Shown here one piece after another: positions 1 through 12,527 of a DNA stretch of 64,000 nucleotides (the stretch's first letter is position 1; the number at the start of each line of letters is the position of its first letter). Under the pieces are notes generated by a model. The model was not told the DNA's origin and made no database searches. It saw nothing but the letters and a program-made list of their open reading frames with translations. This stretch comes from Podarcis erhardii. Taxonomy: Eukaryota. The stretch lies in assembly GCA_964252035.1 (NCBI GenBank), contig OZ176216.1; one strand, 5' to 3'. A program made the position numbers and the translations under genes.

Positions 1-1421
1 CACCAGTCTATTGTCCCACCCTGCCTGAAGTCGTCAACTATTGTTCCTCTGCCTAAAAAATCCACAATCAGTAGTCTGAACGACTACAGACCAGTTGCAC
101 TGACTCCAATCATCATGAAGTGTTTTGAGAAACTGGTGCGCCGTCACATTATTTCCTGTCTTCCATCAACTTTTGACAACTACCAGTTTGCATACAGGGC
201 AAATAGATCCACGGAAGACGCTATCACTACCACTCTCCATGCTGCTCTGTCCCATCTGGAGCAGCCGGGGAGTTATGTGAGGCTGCTGTTTGTGGATTTT
301 AGCTCTGCTTTTAACACTATCCTCCCCCATAGACTGGTGTCCAAGCTAGAGGCGATTGGATTCTCCAACTCCACCTGTCTCTGGGTTTTGGACTTTTTGT
401 CAGAACGTTCTCAGAGGGTTAGAGTAGGGTCACATATGTCCACAGCCCTTAGCCTTAACACCGGCTCACCACAGGGTTGTGTGTTGAGTCCCCTGCTCTA
501 TACTCTCTATACGTATGATTGTACAGCCATTTATTCCAGCAACAAAATCATCAAGTTTGCTGATGACACTACGGTGGTGGGGCTCATTTCAGGAGGGGAT
601 GAGTCCGCCTATCGGGACGAGGTGGAGCGGCTTTGTGCTTGGTGTGGAGAGAACAATCTGGCTCTTAATACGGCTAAGACCAAGGAATTGGTGGTGGATT
701 ACAGGAAAAAAAAGGCGGACATTCAGCCCTTGTATATCAACGGGGAACGGGTGGAGAGGGTGGCGGAATTCAGGTTTTTGGGAGTGACTATCGATCAGGG
801 CATGACTTGGAGCGCAAATACCACTGCTCTGGTGAAGAAGGCCCAGCAGAGAATTTATTTCCTCAGACTTTTAAAGAAGAACAATCTGAGTGAGAGACTG
901 CTGGTGTCCTTCTACCGAGGTTCCATAGAGAGCGTTCTTACATACTGTATTTGTGCCTGGTTCTCCAGTTGTACAGCTAGGAAGAGGAAGGTGCTCCAGA
1001 AGGTCATAACCACAGCCCAAAGGATTATTGGTCATCCCCTCCCATCTTTGGAAGAACTGTACGGCTCCCGTTGTCTTAGGAAAGCAAACAATATCCTGCA
1101 GGATGTATCTCACCCGGGATACAGTCTGTTTGTACTACTGCCTTCTGGCAGGAGATACAGAAACATCAAGTCAAGGACAAACAGACTGAAAAATAGTTTC
1201 TACCCAAGAGCTGTGGCCTTCTTAAACGCTGTAACTCGATAGTGTGATCTGGGAGTTTGATGGGTGTGGGTGTGGGTGTGGCTGGAATGTGGTTTGTTTG
1301 GTTGTTGTTGTTGTTTTGCTTTTGTTGTTTTTAAGGGATGGCATCCAATTTCGTTGCACTTGTGCAATGTTGCACTTGTGTAATGACAATAAAGAATCTA
1401 TCTATCTATCTATCTATCTAT
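1..1421 (+). mobile_element. Rex1/Babar-clade non-LTR retrotransposon, 3' part (RT ORF open 1-1242, 3'UTR, AATAAA, (TCTA)n tail)
   Basis: Frame 1 is open from base 1 to the stop at 1242 (413 codons). RT motifs: [56 protein letters not shown]. The C-terminus [22 protein letters not shown] resembles Rex1. The end is AATGACAATAAAG followed by about 6 TCTA copies (1397-1420). Confidence 0.9.
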
Positions 1422-3539
1422 TTTCATTTAAAGAGGATGTAAATGGCTGTGCCACTGATTAGCCATTCTACATCCTGACTTGCTGTCTTTTCTATATCCA
1501 ATGACAGGTGTGCATTCATTAATTCAGTTATATCTTAATTTCTGTTTCCATATGGTAAGGGTTTGACATTACCAGTGACTACTTTGCTCAGCCTAAGCAA
1601 ACATTTAAGATTTTAGCCTTTTTCACACCTGAGCAAGTTATACCATTTTAACCTTGACTCACCAGAAATCAGCTTCAAAAATTTAAGAAAAGGAAAACAC
1701 TGAAAAGCCTTCATCTTGTCTTCTTTTCCAGGCTTGTGTGGAAGATCTCTCCTTGCTCTGAACCCAGGACAAAATAGCACATCAGTCCCCCTATTGCTGT
1801 CATTCCCAGTAATGAAGAACCCCCCCTTCTCATGCTATGCTCGGGACATGTTAACCGCAGCAACACAGTTCTTTCCTGCATTATTGCAACCCCTGACATA
1901 AAAGTCTCCACTGCGGGGAGAGCATGATATGCAAACTTTCGGCGTGATGTGCTAGTTGTCTCCATGCAGGGATCTGTGTACATGTCTGTGAGCATTCAGA
2001 ATGACACCCCACCTACAGTTTCAGTCTTCTGCCCAGATGGCAACCATCCAACAGGTAGAGCTAGGAACTCAACAAGATGCTGTAATGCAAATTGATTCAC
2101 CGGAATCTGGAACTGCCTTCTGTATATTACAAAATGAGTCTGTAGTATTTCTTGGCTACATCACTCCTACCCAGGCTGTGACCACTTCATCTTGTAATGA
2201 GTAAGGACATGCTAACACACTGAAGCAATTTAAAGCCCCCTGCCCTGCCCTTGGTGCGTCTGTCTACCTGTACCTCCCTCCAAATCAAGAAGCATCAGAT
2301 GTAGCCAAAGCCTCCAAAAGAAAGAACACAACCTGTTCCCTAGCTTTGTTTATCGAAAGCATTTTATAATCTGCCTTACAAAGCAGTGTATAACTGGGGG
2401 AAATCCATCTGAGAGAGATGTGTGTACAGTTGAAAACTGAAGACTCCAGAATAGTAAGGAAGCATCAAGTCTCAGGAATCTTTGACAGAAATAACATTGT
2501 TTAAGAAAGGCAAATTAGAATATATGAAGGGACTTTCCAGGTTCTGTATGAAAGGGAATTCCATAACCATGGAGCCACCACTGAGAAGGCCCTATCACTT
2601 GTGGTTTCCAACCCAAGTATCCATTCTCATGGGTGCAGGAGGCGGGCCTCTGAAAGCTGATTTGAACAAACAGCCAGGTTTTTCTTCTTCATGGCTTCCA
2701 TCTCCCTTTATAGGTTGTGGCAGCCTAGCAGTCCACCAGTCACCCTCTGAATCCTTAAGGCTGCAACTCCCTCCAACTCCAGACCACTTTCTCCTCTTTC
2801 AGACTCCAATGCAGGTCTGGGGAACCCTTTTCAGCCTTCTGGACAACCTTTTGAATATATGCTTTATCTTTGCTTCTAATGCACACTCACTCCTGCCTCC
2901 CTATCAAGGCAAGGCAAGCAGGAGGCATCATCACCAGAGGTCAAGGATGCCTTCCAGCCAGCCAGAAATATTCCAGGAGTGGCAGCCCAGGTACCAGTGA
3001 GAGGTGAGGCCTGGGGAGGGCTTCTGGTATGGGGAGAGTCCTGAGGGTCAGATAGAGAAGTTTGGAGGGCTGCATTTGCCCTCAAGTCTCTACCCCAGCC
3101 TACTCTGTCCAGAAGGGAAGCCTATCAAGTCTATGCATATTCCACATGGTCATTTCTCCTACAATACCTCTTTTGAACCCCACTAAAAGCACATGCAGTG
3201 GAAGGCCAATCTCCAGGCCTATCATAATTTACATTATGCATTACACTTCAGATTGTTTTTTGCAGTCGAATACACGCTACCAACTGTCAGTTGCTTCTGG
3301 CATGCTCAGATATTTCCTGACCTTTAATGTCAAGAATTTAGCACCCTACTATAATTCTTATGAATATTTTCCAGATATGTTTTACAATCTATGCTTTGAT
3401 ACTCTCTGGAGTAAAAGGCAGTATAGAAGTATTTTTTAAAAATAAAATAAAAAGTTTAGTGCAACATTTTTACCTCTTAAAGTATTTTGGTGGAAGAGGG
3501 GGCTGAGAAATCATCAGACAAATTTACCTTTGTAAGGGA

Positions 3540-3690
3540 CGGGCTGGAGCTCAGGAGTGGAACATGTGCTTTGCATGCAGACAATTCCAGGTTCAATCCT
3601 GGATGTTTCTAGGTAGGACCGCAAATGTATTCTGTCTGAAAACTACTGCTAAATAATCTAGACGCTGTTGAGCCAGATGGGCTGGAGACT
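3540..3690 (+). mobile_element. Degenerate tRNA-derived squamate SINE
   Basis: tRNA-like head with A-box-like and B-box-like segments (GCTCAGGAGTGG...GGTTCAATCC), followed by a SINE-like body. Confidence 0.5.
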
Positions 3691-3727
3691 GGCAAATGTT
3701 GTCCTGATCTTCTATATTAAAAAGTGG

Positions 3728-3969
3728 CAGTTACAGATAGGTAGCCGTGTTGGTCTGCCATAGTCAAAACAAAATAAAAAAATTCCTTCCAGTAGCACCT
3801 TAAAGACCAACTAAGTTAGTTCTTGGTATGAGCTTTTGTGTGCATGCACACTTCTTCAGATACTTCTGTTTCAGTGTATCTGAAGAAGTGTGCATGCACA
3901 CGAAAGCTCATACCAAGAACTAACTTAGTTGGTCTTTAAGGTGCTACTGGAAGGAATTTTTTTATTTTG
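3728..3969. mobile_element. Penelope-like element fragment as an inverted (fold-back) pLTR pair, 13-bp TSD
   Basis: Arms 3769-3863 and 3876-3970 are 95-bp reverse complements with 1 mismatch and a 12-nt spacer. TATTAAAAAGTGG is repeated at 3715-3727 and 3970-3982. The sequence is nearly identical to the copy at 57.8 kb. Confidence 0.75.
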
Positions 3970-4254
3970 TATTAAAAAGTGGGTTTAGGTAAGAAAGTTT
4001 GAGAAAACCACAGAATCAGTCTGACTGGGAAAGGTACTAGAATTGATATGGAGTGCACAAGTTGCTTATTTCCTCCACCCTCACAATCAATTTTCCTTTT
4101 GTGTCATTTTAGATTGTGTCCTTTTAGATTGTAAGTCTGAGGGCAGGAACTCTATTATGTCTGTTGGTCTGCAAACTATTCTGGGAGTCTTTTGGGGACT
4201 GAAGATCAAGGTAATTTTTTCAAGTACTGTAAATATCTATGCAGTGATTAGTCA

Positions 4255-5345
4255 GGGCCAGCGTGGACTGTCAAAAACAAACCCTGCCAAACTAACTTTA
4301 TAGATTTTTTTAAAAATTGGGTTACTAGGGTAGTCAATAATGGGAATGCTGTGGACATACTTTATTTGGATTTCAGCAAAGCATGGGGTAAAGTCCCCCC
4401 TGATATTTTGATCAGCAGCATACTTAAACAACAGGCAAAGTTTTATCAATGACTTAGATTAAAGGATAGAGGGAACACTTATCACTTTGGAAATGACACA
4501 AAACCAGGAGGTATTGCTAACATCTCAGGAGACGGGAATAAAAATTAATAAAATGATATTCAGCAGAATGAAAATGCAAAGTTATCTATTTAGGCACATG
4601 AACCAGATGTATAAGATGGGGGAGATCTGATATGGCAGTAACACATGTGAAAATGAGCTTGGGACTGTAGTCAGCCACAAGCTGGACATGAGGTTAGAAG
4701 TGTAAAGTGGCTAGAGAGAATGCGAATGAGAAGGCCTACTTCCACATCATTCAGCACTATTCTGAATACATCCAGTGGACTGTGCCCAGTTTCTGGACTT
4801 GCATTTTGAGGATGTAGATGGATTAGAGCAGGTTCAGAGGAAGGCCATGAAGATGGCCATTGGTACAGAAAATAAATCCTGAGGAAAGGTTGATGGAGAA
4901 GAGATGACTGAGGGGAGACATCAGAGCACTACTCCAGAATCTGAAGGGCTGCTATATAGAGGCAGGCAAAGGCTTTTCCCCTAGAATCATAGAGTTGGAA
5001 AAAACCCCAAGGGTCCTATCGCCCTGCAGTGCAGGAACCTCAACCCATTCAAGGTCCCTATCCAATCTGAAACCATACCAGACACGGCTTAGCTTTGCAA
5101 ATTGCTAGCAGTTTTATTGCTGCCTCAGGATGGGAAGGACTAAACCAAATGGGATTAAGTTATACGATGATAGACTATTTTAGCAAAACATTAGGTGAAA
5201 CCTTTAGACAGTAAGAGCAGTTTGATAATGGAATCCGTTACCCAGGGATGTGGAAGACTCCCTCAGTGGAGGTCAAGCCACCAACACTTGGGTGGCTTTA
5301 AAAGAGAATTAGACAAATTCATGAAGGATAAGACTATGGATGGCT
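4255..5345 (+). mobile_element. Old, decayed CR1 LINE RT and 3' region
   Basis: Broken-frame remnants of CR1 RT (CQTNL, NAVDILYLDFSKA) near 4270-4400. CR1-like 3' segments continue to about 5345. A short antisense CR1-type tail is inserted near 4982-5050. Confidence 0.6.
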
Positions 5346-5989
5346 TACTAGCCTTATGTCTTTGTTCCGCCTCGGAATGCCAGTTGCTGGGAAACACCCA
5401 CCGGGAGAAGGCGAAGACTGTGGTGCGCAGGTCCTGCTTTGAGGCTTGCCATTAGGCACTAGCTTGGCCACAAGATGCTGGACGAGTTGTGTCTTTGGCC
5501 TGATCCCCAGACTCTAACATTACTTAGTAGGAGCTGGCCAACCACCTGTTGGGTCTGCTCTAGGTTTGGATGTTCTGCCCTCAGCCGGAGGTTTGGCTGT
5601 ATGGTTTCCATGGCCACCCACCCAACAAGTATGCCTCAAGTTACAGACATGGCTGTATGTACATAGCAATTCTTTATTATATTAGCCTTCTTTCTAAGTT
5701 CTGAATCTCATCTATGTCATTTAAATTTCTCTGCCCAGTTTCCAGAGTCCTGAAATCACAAGTCTGCTCATTCTTGTCCAAACAAGACTTGAAGAGAGGT
5801 GACAGATTATGCTTCTTTGTTTTTAAGTCGGCATTCTGTAGAATTGAGGGGAAGCCCAGTCTAGCCATTCCAATGAATATGGGAATCAAGACCCACAAAT
5901 CGGGCCTGCTTGTTGGAGCAGAAGTGTCCCTGCCACCGCTGGGCCTCTTCCCCCAGCGCCAAGAGCGGGTCTCCGCCTTCCCTAGGGGA

Positions 5990-6660
5990 AGAGTTTTGCG
6001 CGCGCGCCGGGGCACCTGGAGGCCTCACAGGGGGACCCCGTTCCCCAAGGCAGCGCCCGGCCTCCTGGGCTGGAGGGAACTGGAGCGCCGCCGCCCGACC
6101 CGTCCAGGCGGGAAACTGCAACTCCCAGCATGCCCGGCGCCTGGCGCAGCGCGGGCAGCCAATGAGGCGCCGCTTTCTTCCGGCGCTGCCTCTGAGGGAG
6201 CTTTGTGCTGCGCGAGAAGAAAGGCGGCGGCGGCGGCGGCGAAGGCGAAGGCGAAGGCGGCGGGCAGGGCCGAGGCCGGGGCCTGAGAGCGAGCGAGCGA
6301 GCGAGCGAGAGCGGAGCGCCAGCGCCCCCTCTCTTCCCCGGACTCCTCGCCCGCAGCCCCCGAGGAGGCTCCTGCGCCGCCCGCGACGGAGGAGAAGGAG
6401 GCAGAGGCAGAGGCAGAGGAGGCGGCGGCGGCGGCGGCGGGAGCGCCGCGTCAATTGAGGCCGGGGATCGAGCGCGGCCTACGGCGGGGCCTGGCCCGCC
6501 CCCTTTGCCCAGCCCGGCCCGGCGAGGCCCTTTCCGCCGCGCCTCCTCCGTTACGCGTCCCGGCGGCGATCGGTCCGATACGGCGGGGAAGTTAGAATGG
6601 AACAGACTGACGGTGAGGCGCCACGGGGGGGGGGGCAGGGGGCGGAGACGTCGCCTTGCG
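5990..6660 (+). promoter_or_regulatory. NSD3: CpG-island promoter of NSD3
   Basis: Very GC- and CpG-rich in an AT-rich background. E2F-like GGCGGGAAA at 6107-6115, ZNF143/SBS-like ACTGCAACTCCCAGCATGCCC at 6115-6135, CCAAT at 6159-6163, ETS-like CTTCCGG at about 6177-6183. No TATA box seen. Confidence 0.85.
6200..6612 (+). other. NSD3: NSD3 exon 1 (5'UTR; start approximate)
   Basis: Lies in the CpG island and ends at the donor GACG|GTGAGG (6613), followed by G-runs. Joins to the exon-2 acceptor at 18144. The TSS cannot be fixed from sequence. Confidence 0.7.
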
Positions 6661-6799
6661 AACGAGCCTCCCCAAGTTGCTGGTCCTCAGCATTCCTCCG
6701 TGTCCAATATTTACCTTTTGGAGAGCCCTAGGGCCCTCCATTTTTCCTTTCGTTTTTCATCTACAGGACCCTTGATGAAAACGAGGCTTCTCATGGTAG

Positions 6800-6930
6800 A
6801 ACGGTAGAGTGGGAAGGGGCGCGAGGGTCATCTAGTCCAACCCGCCTCAATGCAGGAATCTTTTACCCGATGCGGGGCTCAAACCCACGACCCCGAGAGC
6901 CGGAGTCATCCCCACCTGGTCTTCCTCCTT
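6800..6930 (-). mobile_element. tRNA-derived SINE with CR1-like tail (Squam3-like)
   Basis: Approximate reverse complement of the SINE at 35155-35290, with a CR1-type tail (GGGTCATCTAGTCCAACCC...TGCAGGAATC). Confidence 0.55.
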
Positions 6931-7166
6931 TGCTCCTGCATGGGTGACCTCCCTCCCTTTGGTATTGGCTTGGACAGACATATTTATGTAGCAGTTTGGG
7001 GACCTAAGGAGAGATGAGGTGGGAACCCAGCGCAGGAAGCAAAAGCTTTCCCTTCCCAGTTTCCAAGAAGCAAACCTTACTTGGCACAGACAAGCACAAG
7101 TGGGCATTTTCAAGGTCCCCCCCCCCAGTGCTTTAGGGTATATCTGTAATCCAAAGTAGCCCTCAG

Positions 7167-7383
7167 TACAGTGGTACTTCAGGTTACAGACACTTGAGGT
7201 TACAGACTCCACTCACCCAGAAGTCATACTTCAGGTTAAGACCTTTGCTTCAGGATGAGAACAGAAATCACGCGCATCAGCGGCGGCAGCGGGAGGCCCC
7301 ATTAGCTAAAGTGGTGCTTCAGGTTAAGAACAGTTTCAGGACCTCCAGAACAAATTAAGTTCTTAACCTGAGGTACCACTGTA
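7167..7383. mobile_element. Tc1/mariner-type MITE, family A (orientation B)
   Basis: TA-flanked TIRs CAGTGGTACTTCAGGTTA...TAACCTGAGGTACCACTG. Reverse orientation relative to the 8468 copy. Confidence 0.85.
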
Positions 7384-7975
7384 ATCTGAACTTGGTGTGC
7401 ATTAGGATCAGTGGTTTCAAATCATCATTCAGCTGTTAAACTCACTTTGTGACCTTAGGCCATTCAATATTTTTCAGCCTAACACTATGTGTGCTGCCCT
7501 GAATTCTTTGGAGAAAGGGCAGTATAAAATCATGACAAATAACCTGTAGCTATTATTATATCAGAATTTGATCTGAGAGACAGTGGGTTGCTGAAGACCA
7601 CATAATGAGTTCATGGCAAAGTGAGATTTAAAGTACTGTATGTAAGTTTCCAAATTTGGACCTAATAGTCCCTTAGCTCTTGGAGTGAGCCCCATTGAGC
7701 TTAGTGGGCCTTTTGAGGAGATACGTATACAGTAGTAGTGAATTGGTTAATATACCACCAGTTGAGGGAGAGCTCTAAAGAGTCAGGGGGTCATTAGATG
7801 TGGAAGTAAGGACTTTTCATAGTGGATTTGGCTCTGAGTATTTGTGTGTTTGGTAGACATTTAGCAGTAGCAGCACCAAGAACTTGAAGCGAAAGTACAC
7901 CAACAAAGTATCAAAACATCAAACACTTTATTAAAATACATAAAAACTATTCCACAGCAGCTTAATCCCTGACAG

Positions 7976-8187
7976 TACAGTGGTACCTCGGTTTACCAAC
8001 TTAATCCGTTCCAGAAGGCTGTTCTTAAACCGAAACTGTTCTTAAACTGAGGTGCACTTTCCCTAATGAGGTTCCGTTCTTAGACTGAGGTAAAGTTCGC
8101 AAACCAGGACACTACTTTCAATTTTGCGGAGTTCGTAGACTGAATTGTTTGTAAACAGGGCTGTTCTTAAACCGAGGTGCCACTGTA
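7976..8187. mobile_element. Tc1/mariner-type MITE, related family
   Basis: TA-flanked TIRs CAGTGGTACCTCGGTTTA...TAAACCGAGGTGCCACTG. Confidence 0.85.
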
Positions 8188-8467
8188 TGTGGTAGATAGT
8201 GCAGAGGGGAGGTATGGGCAGCATATATATTCTTGGGGGAATGGGGGTTTGGGGAGACCTAGGAATGTGAGGATGTATGGGTGCTATAGGACTCTGAAAC
8301 AGATGGAGTGGAAGTGGGATGATCTCACATAGAGCAATGGGATTGTGAGGATGCCAGAATTGGGACGAAGGCTGGAGGCGGGTTGAGGCATTATGATTAT
8401 ACACCTTTAGGTTCCAGACAAAAATGTTCCTCTTCAATCAGTCCTTTGACTGATTAACATCTTACAG

Positions 8468-8686
8468 TACATTGGTACCTCAGGTTAAGTACTTAATTCG
8501 TTCCGGAGGTCCGTACTTAACCTGAAACTGTTATTAACCTGAAGCACCATGTTAGCTAATGGGGCCTCCTGCTGCTGCCACGCGATTTCTGTTCTCATCC
8601 TGAAGCAAAATTCTTAACCCAAGGTAATATTTCTGGGTTAGCCAAGTCTGTAACCTGAAGCGTATGTAACCCGAGGTACCACTGTA
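8468..8686. mobile_element. Tc1/mariner-type MITE, family A (orientation A)
   Basis: TA-flanked TIRs with the internal GCTAATGGGGCCTCC and GTTCTCATCCTGAAGCAAA shared with the other copies. Confidence 0.85.
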
Positions 8687-11600
8687 TATGCCTTTTAAAT
8701 TTGTTTGTGGGAGGTGGGGTTATGGTTGTTTTTATCATGTATTTTGTACTTCATCTGAGATCTGCAGATGAAGGGAGATGTACAAATTTAATAAATAAAA
8801 TAAAATGGGATTGATGATTTGGTGATAAATAATAGTCAGCTGGTATGCAAGGAGGTTATAGTCCTATAACCTCAACTATAGTCCTATAGTTGTGGTTGAT
8901 GTTGTGAACATGACAATGGAAACACAGTTGCTGAGGCATTTTAGGTGGTTTGGAGTGTTAGACTCTTCAAGACTGTTGGCTTAAAGGATATGAGAAACAA
9001 TATAGGAAAATACATTATGAAATAATTTATACACAAAGTGTTGCTATGGGTTGTGTGTTGTGACCAGTACAATAATAGAATAACTGTGCTGGAGTCTGGC
9101 GAGATGGCCTTAATGTAGTGTCATATATAAGTGTGAGAATATGGACTGTGGATGTGGAATTGGTTATGTCGCTTGCCATGGGGTTGCTGTTTTGCATGAC
9201 ATTCTAACTAGAAAGCCATAAATAGTCATGGGGTAGTGTTGGAATTGGCCTTGGAGTTGGAGAAGTCTAATCTGGGACTGTTAATAACACAACCTTTTGT
9301 GTATGTATATACAGTGCCTGCCTACACGTATAAATTTGCATGAATGCCCTATTAAGGCTTGAACCTAGAGTTCTAGAAAGTGATCTCTTGTTGCTAAAGG
9401 GAGAGGCACCCTCTTTGTTTTTCAAAGAAGGGTTGAGGAATAATTGAGGATAGATCAGATAATAGTTTAATGTGATGGAGTAGGGCCATTTGGATTTAAA
9501 GGGGCAGAGGCAGCCATGTTTGCTTCCATATACTGCAGTGTAAATCTCTTTAGACCCCCTACTCCCCAAAAGAAACAAGACTTGCTTTGGGTTATCAAAT
9601 GATCTTTAAGATCCTTCTCCTTGTTCCTTATTCTCTATCTTAAAATCATACCATTCTGAAATTTATCATAAGCAGGCTGAGAAAGGAACATCTTTCCTCC
9701 TTCTCATTCCTTTCTGCAGCCAGTACTGCTAGGGGACTGTGGTGCAGAAATTAACCCTTTTCAATACAAATCTGCAGCGGGATTACACAGACATTTTTCT
9801 CTCCATTTTCATGAAGAATTAAATAGGTAGAGGGGCTGTCTCTGTTGTAAATGGCAGAAGGCTGAACCATCTTCAGCAATTTCTTTAAGTAAACAAGGAA
9901 ATGACATTGCCAAGGCTGTCGACAAAAGGCACACTTGTTTGTGAACAGCAAAATGAAACTTACTTACTGATTGTGTTTTAAATATTATACACAAAGGGAT
10001 TTCCTCCTACATTTTTCTTAATGCTTTTTCTTGACTCTATTCCTGTACAGATAGCTAAGTGTTCCTTTATTTTAACTGCCATTCAACTGTGCAGATGCTG
10101 TTGTTTGTATTTCATGTACAGCAGACAACAGAGATGTGAGACAAATTGCTGTTCAGGTATCTGATTAGTGGGAAGCAGGTATATTTGTGTGATGCTTTGA
10201 TAATTTTTTTTGAATTGATAGCATCCGAGGGTTTTTTCTGCAGTGGAGAGAGGCTCCATATTCTGATTGTATCTCTAATGTTTGTAGTTTGTTCATTTTG
10301 TTTTTCTTTGTTGATTGGACGGAAGTATAAATGTGAATGTCTTGTCAATCAGCCACAATCTTTGCATGTTTGGATAAATCCTGTGTCGGTTTGTTTTAAA
10401 ATCAAAGTATCATATTTTGATATGCTTGCTTCATTTTTACACATCTGCTTCTCAGTGTTCCTGTTTTTGCCCTTAAAAACCCTAATACTCTGGGGGCAAG
10501 ATATAATTTATTACTATGATTGGCTGCAATGCTGCAGCAGTTATATGCAGAATAACAATATTTCATTAACATTTTCATAACTGCACCGTGTTCTGTGTAA
10601 CACTAGGCAATGTCTGCCACTCTAGTGCTGTTCTTTCTTGTTACTATTTTCTCTAAGCAAGTCTTAGTAAAAGATGATCAGTGGATGACACCAGGTGCTA
10701 TTGAATCGGTTAAAGTAGTAATGTTTGGCTCCAGTAGAGAGGACAAGTACGTTGGCAAAGGGGAAGTTTGTAACAAAATGCTTTCTAGGAATAATTATTT
10801 TTCACTTTAAATTGATTACTTTTTTACTTCAGTGCTATGTGTATGTAAAGTTGGAAATGACTCATAACATTTTGTATGATGGCTAGGTGGATGAACTGCT
10901 TTGCTCTTCATAAAACTGTTTAGACTATGCTTTCTATAATATAAATATACAAAACAACCAGAGTGTTGGCAATTTATGTGGGAATGAGAAACCCCAGACC
11001 CATGAGATGATGCCTTTGTTGGACCAGCTAGGCTTTAAAATACTCGAACTGAGCTTATTTTGAAAACCTACTTGATCTAGTGAAAATAGCATCCTGTGTT
11101 TCTTGTTACATAAAGAAGGCAAATTTTTTATTTTATTTTGCAAATGGAAGATTTTGTATACTTGAAAGACTATATACATACATATAAAAATGGTAGGCAG
11201 CATGAAGGCCTTGATTTTCTTCTCTGTATGGCTGCTTGTATGCAAGTTTGATAGTGTTAGACAGCTGACACCTTAGCCCAGACACACCTCTTTTGAAAGA
11301 GTGTGTCATTGATTTACTATTGAAGCCTACTAATGGAATCCTAACCATGTCTACTCAGAATTAAGTTCTGTGGAATTCATTGGGGTTAAGATTGCAGATT
11401 ATGTTGTCCAGTCTGCTCCTCTGGTGGTAGTGTTGCTAATTATTGTAGTGTATATATAATTATTTGTATATAATTTAGTAGCTGCTCTCTCTCATACTCT
11501 TAACAAGATGTGGAAAAAAGTCTGTAATATGATACCATAAAAACAGAATGCCACAAAAGCCATAAACAGCAGTGTCATAATCAGAGTAAAATAAATAAGC

Positions 11601-12301
11601 TGACCAGTACCCAGGCAGTGTTTCATCTGCTGATGGAAAGTGTGCAGGGAGGTTGCCGTGTTGAACTCTCTAGTTCAGAGAGTAGGACAAACACAGAAAA
11701 GCTTCACTGTCTCAGATCCAGGGGTCCACTTCAGCCTTATAGTTCTGCCTGTCTGGTCCTTTTCTTTTCAGGCCACACCCCTTCTCAAGCTCACATTTCT
11801 CACTGGCCCTGCTCCACACCTCCCCTTCTAGATGCAGTGTGTCACTGAACTGTAATAATGCCTTTTGCTTGCCTGGATGGAGGCACGCACATGTAGAAAT
11901 AGCTTGACTTCTGAATGACTGGGCTGTAGCTTCCAGTACAAAGCTACATGTCATGTCCCTTGGGCTACCCACCACTGCCATGTGACCCCCAGAAGGTTGC
12001 AGTGCCTCTACTCAGAACAGTGCACATGATCAAATTTAAGCAATTCTAAATTCCCATTTATTTTTATTGTCGGACAGCTAAGCACTTGCTGGGACTTAAA
12101 AGTGCTTAATGGGCTGAATAATGCCATATGATAGATAACCTACAAGTTAAGCCTGGGCTTACTTTTGAGGTTAAACTTAACCTTTTGTGTGTGTGTAGAA
12201 TTGCAATTGAGTAGCATTGTGTTTATCAGATTGGGAAAAATACTACTCTAATAATGAATTACATCATTTGTGTACATTCTAGAAAAATGCAGAATTGTAA
12301 T

Positions 12302-12527
12302 TACAGTCGTACCTTGATTGTTGAATGGAATCCATTCCAGAAATCCGTTTGACTGCTGAAAACCTTTGACAACCAAGGTGCGGTTTCCCATTGGCTGCAG
12401 GAGTTTCCTGCACTCAGTCGGCTTCCAAAGAATGGTTGCAAACTGGAAAATTCACTTCCGGGTTTGCGGCATTCGGGAGCCAAAAAGTTCAAGTTGCAAG
12501 GCATTCGGGATCCAAAGTACAACTGTA
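12302..12527. mobile_element. Tc1/mariner-type MITE (diverged family)
   Basis: TA-flanked imperfect TIRs CAGTCGTACCTTG...CAAAGTACAACTG. Confidence 0.7.

Noticed and set aside
1450-5900. Expected head-to-head neighbour LETM2, and ORFs such as 1711-1995 (-) and 2482-3000 (+)
   Set aside because: No LETM2-like peptide recognised. The 2.5-3.1 kb ORFs overlap decayed repeat-like sequence.
5714-6807. Several 180-200 aa ORFs on both strands over the CpG island
   Set aside because: Low-complexity Arg/Gly/Ala translations expected from stop-poor GC-rich DNA with triplet repeats; no domain resemblance.
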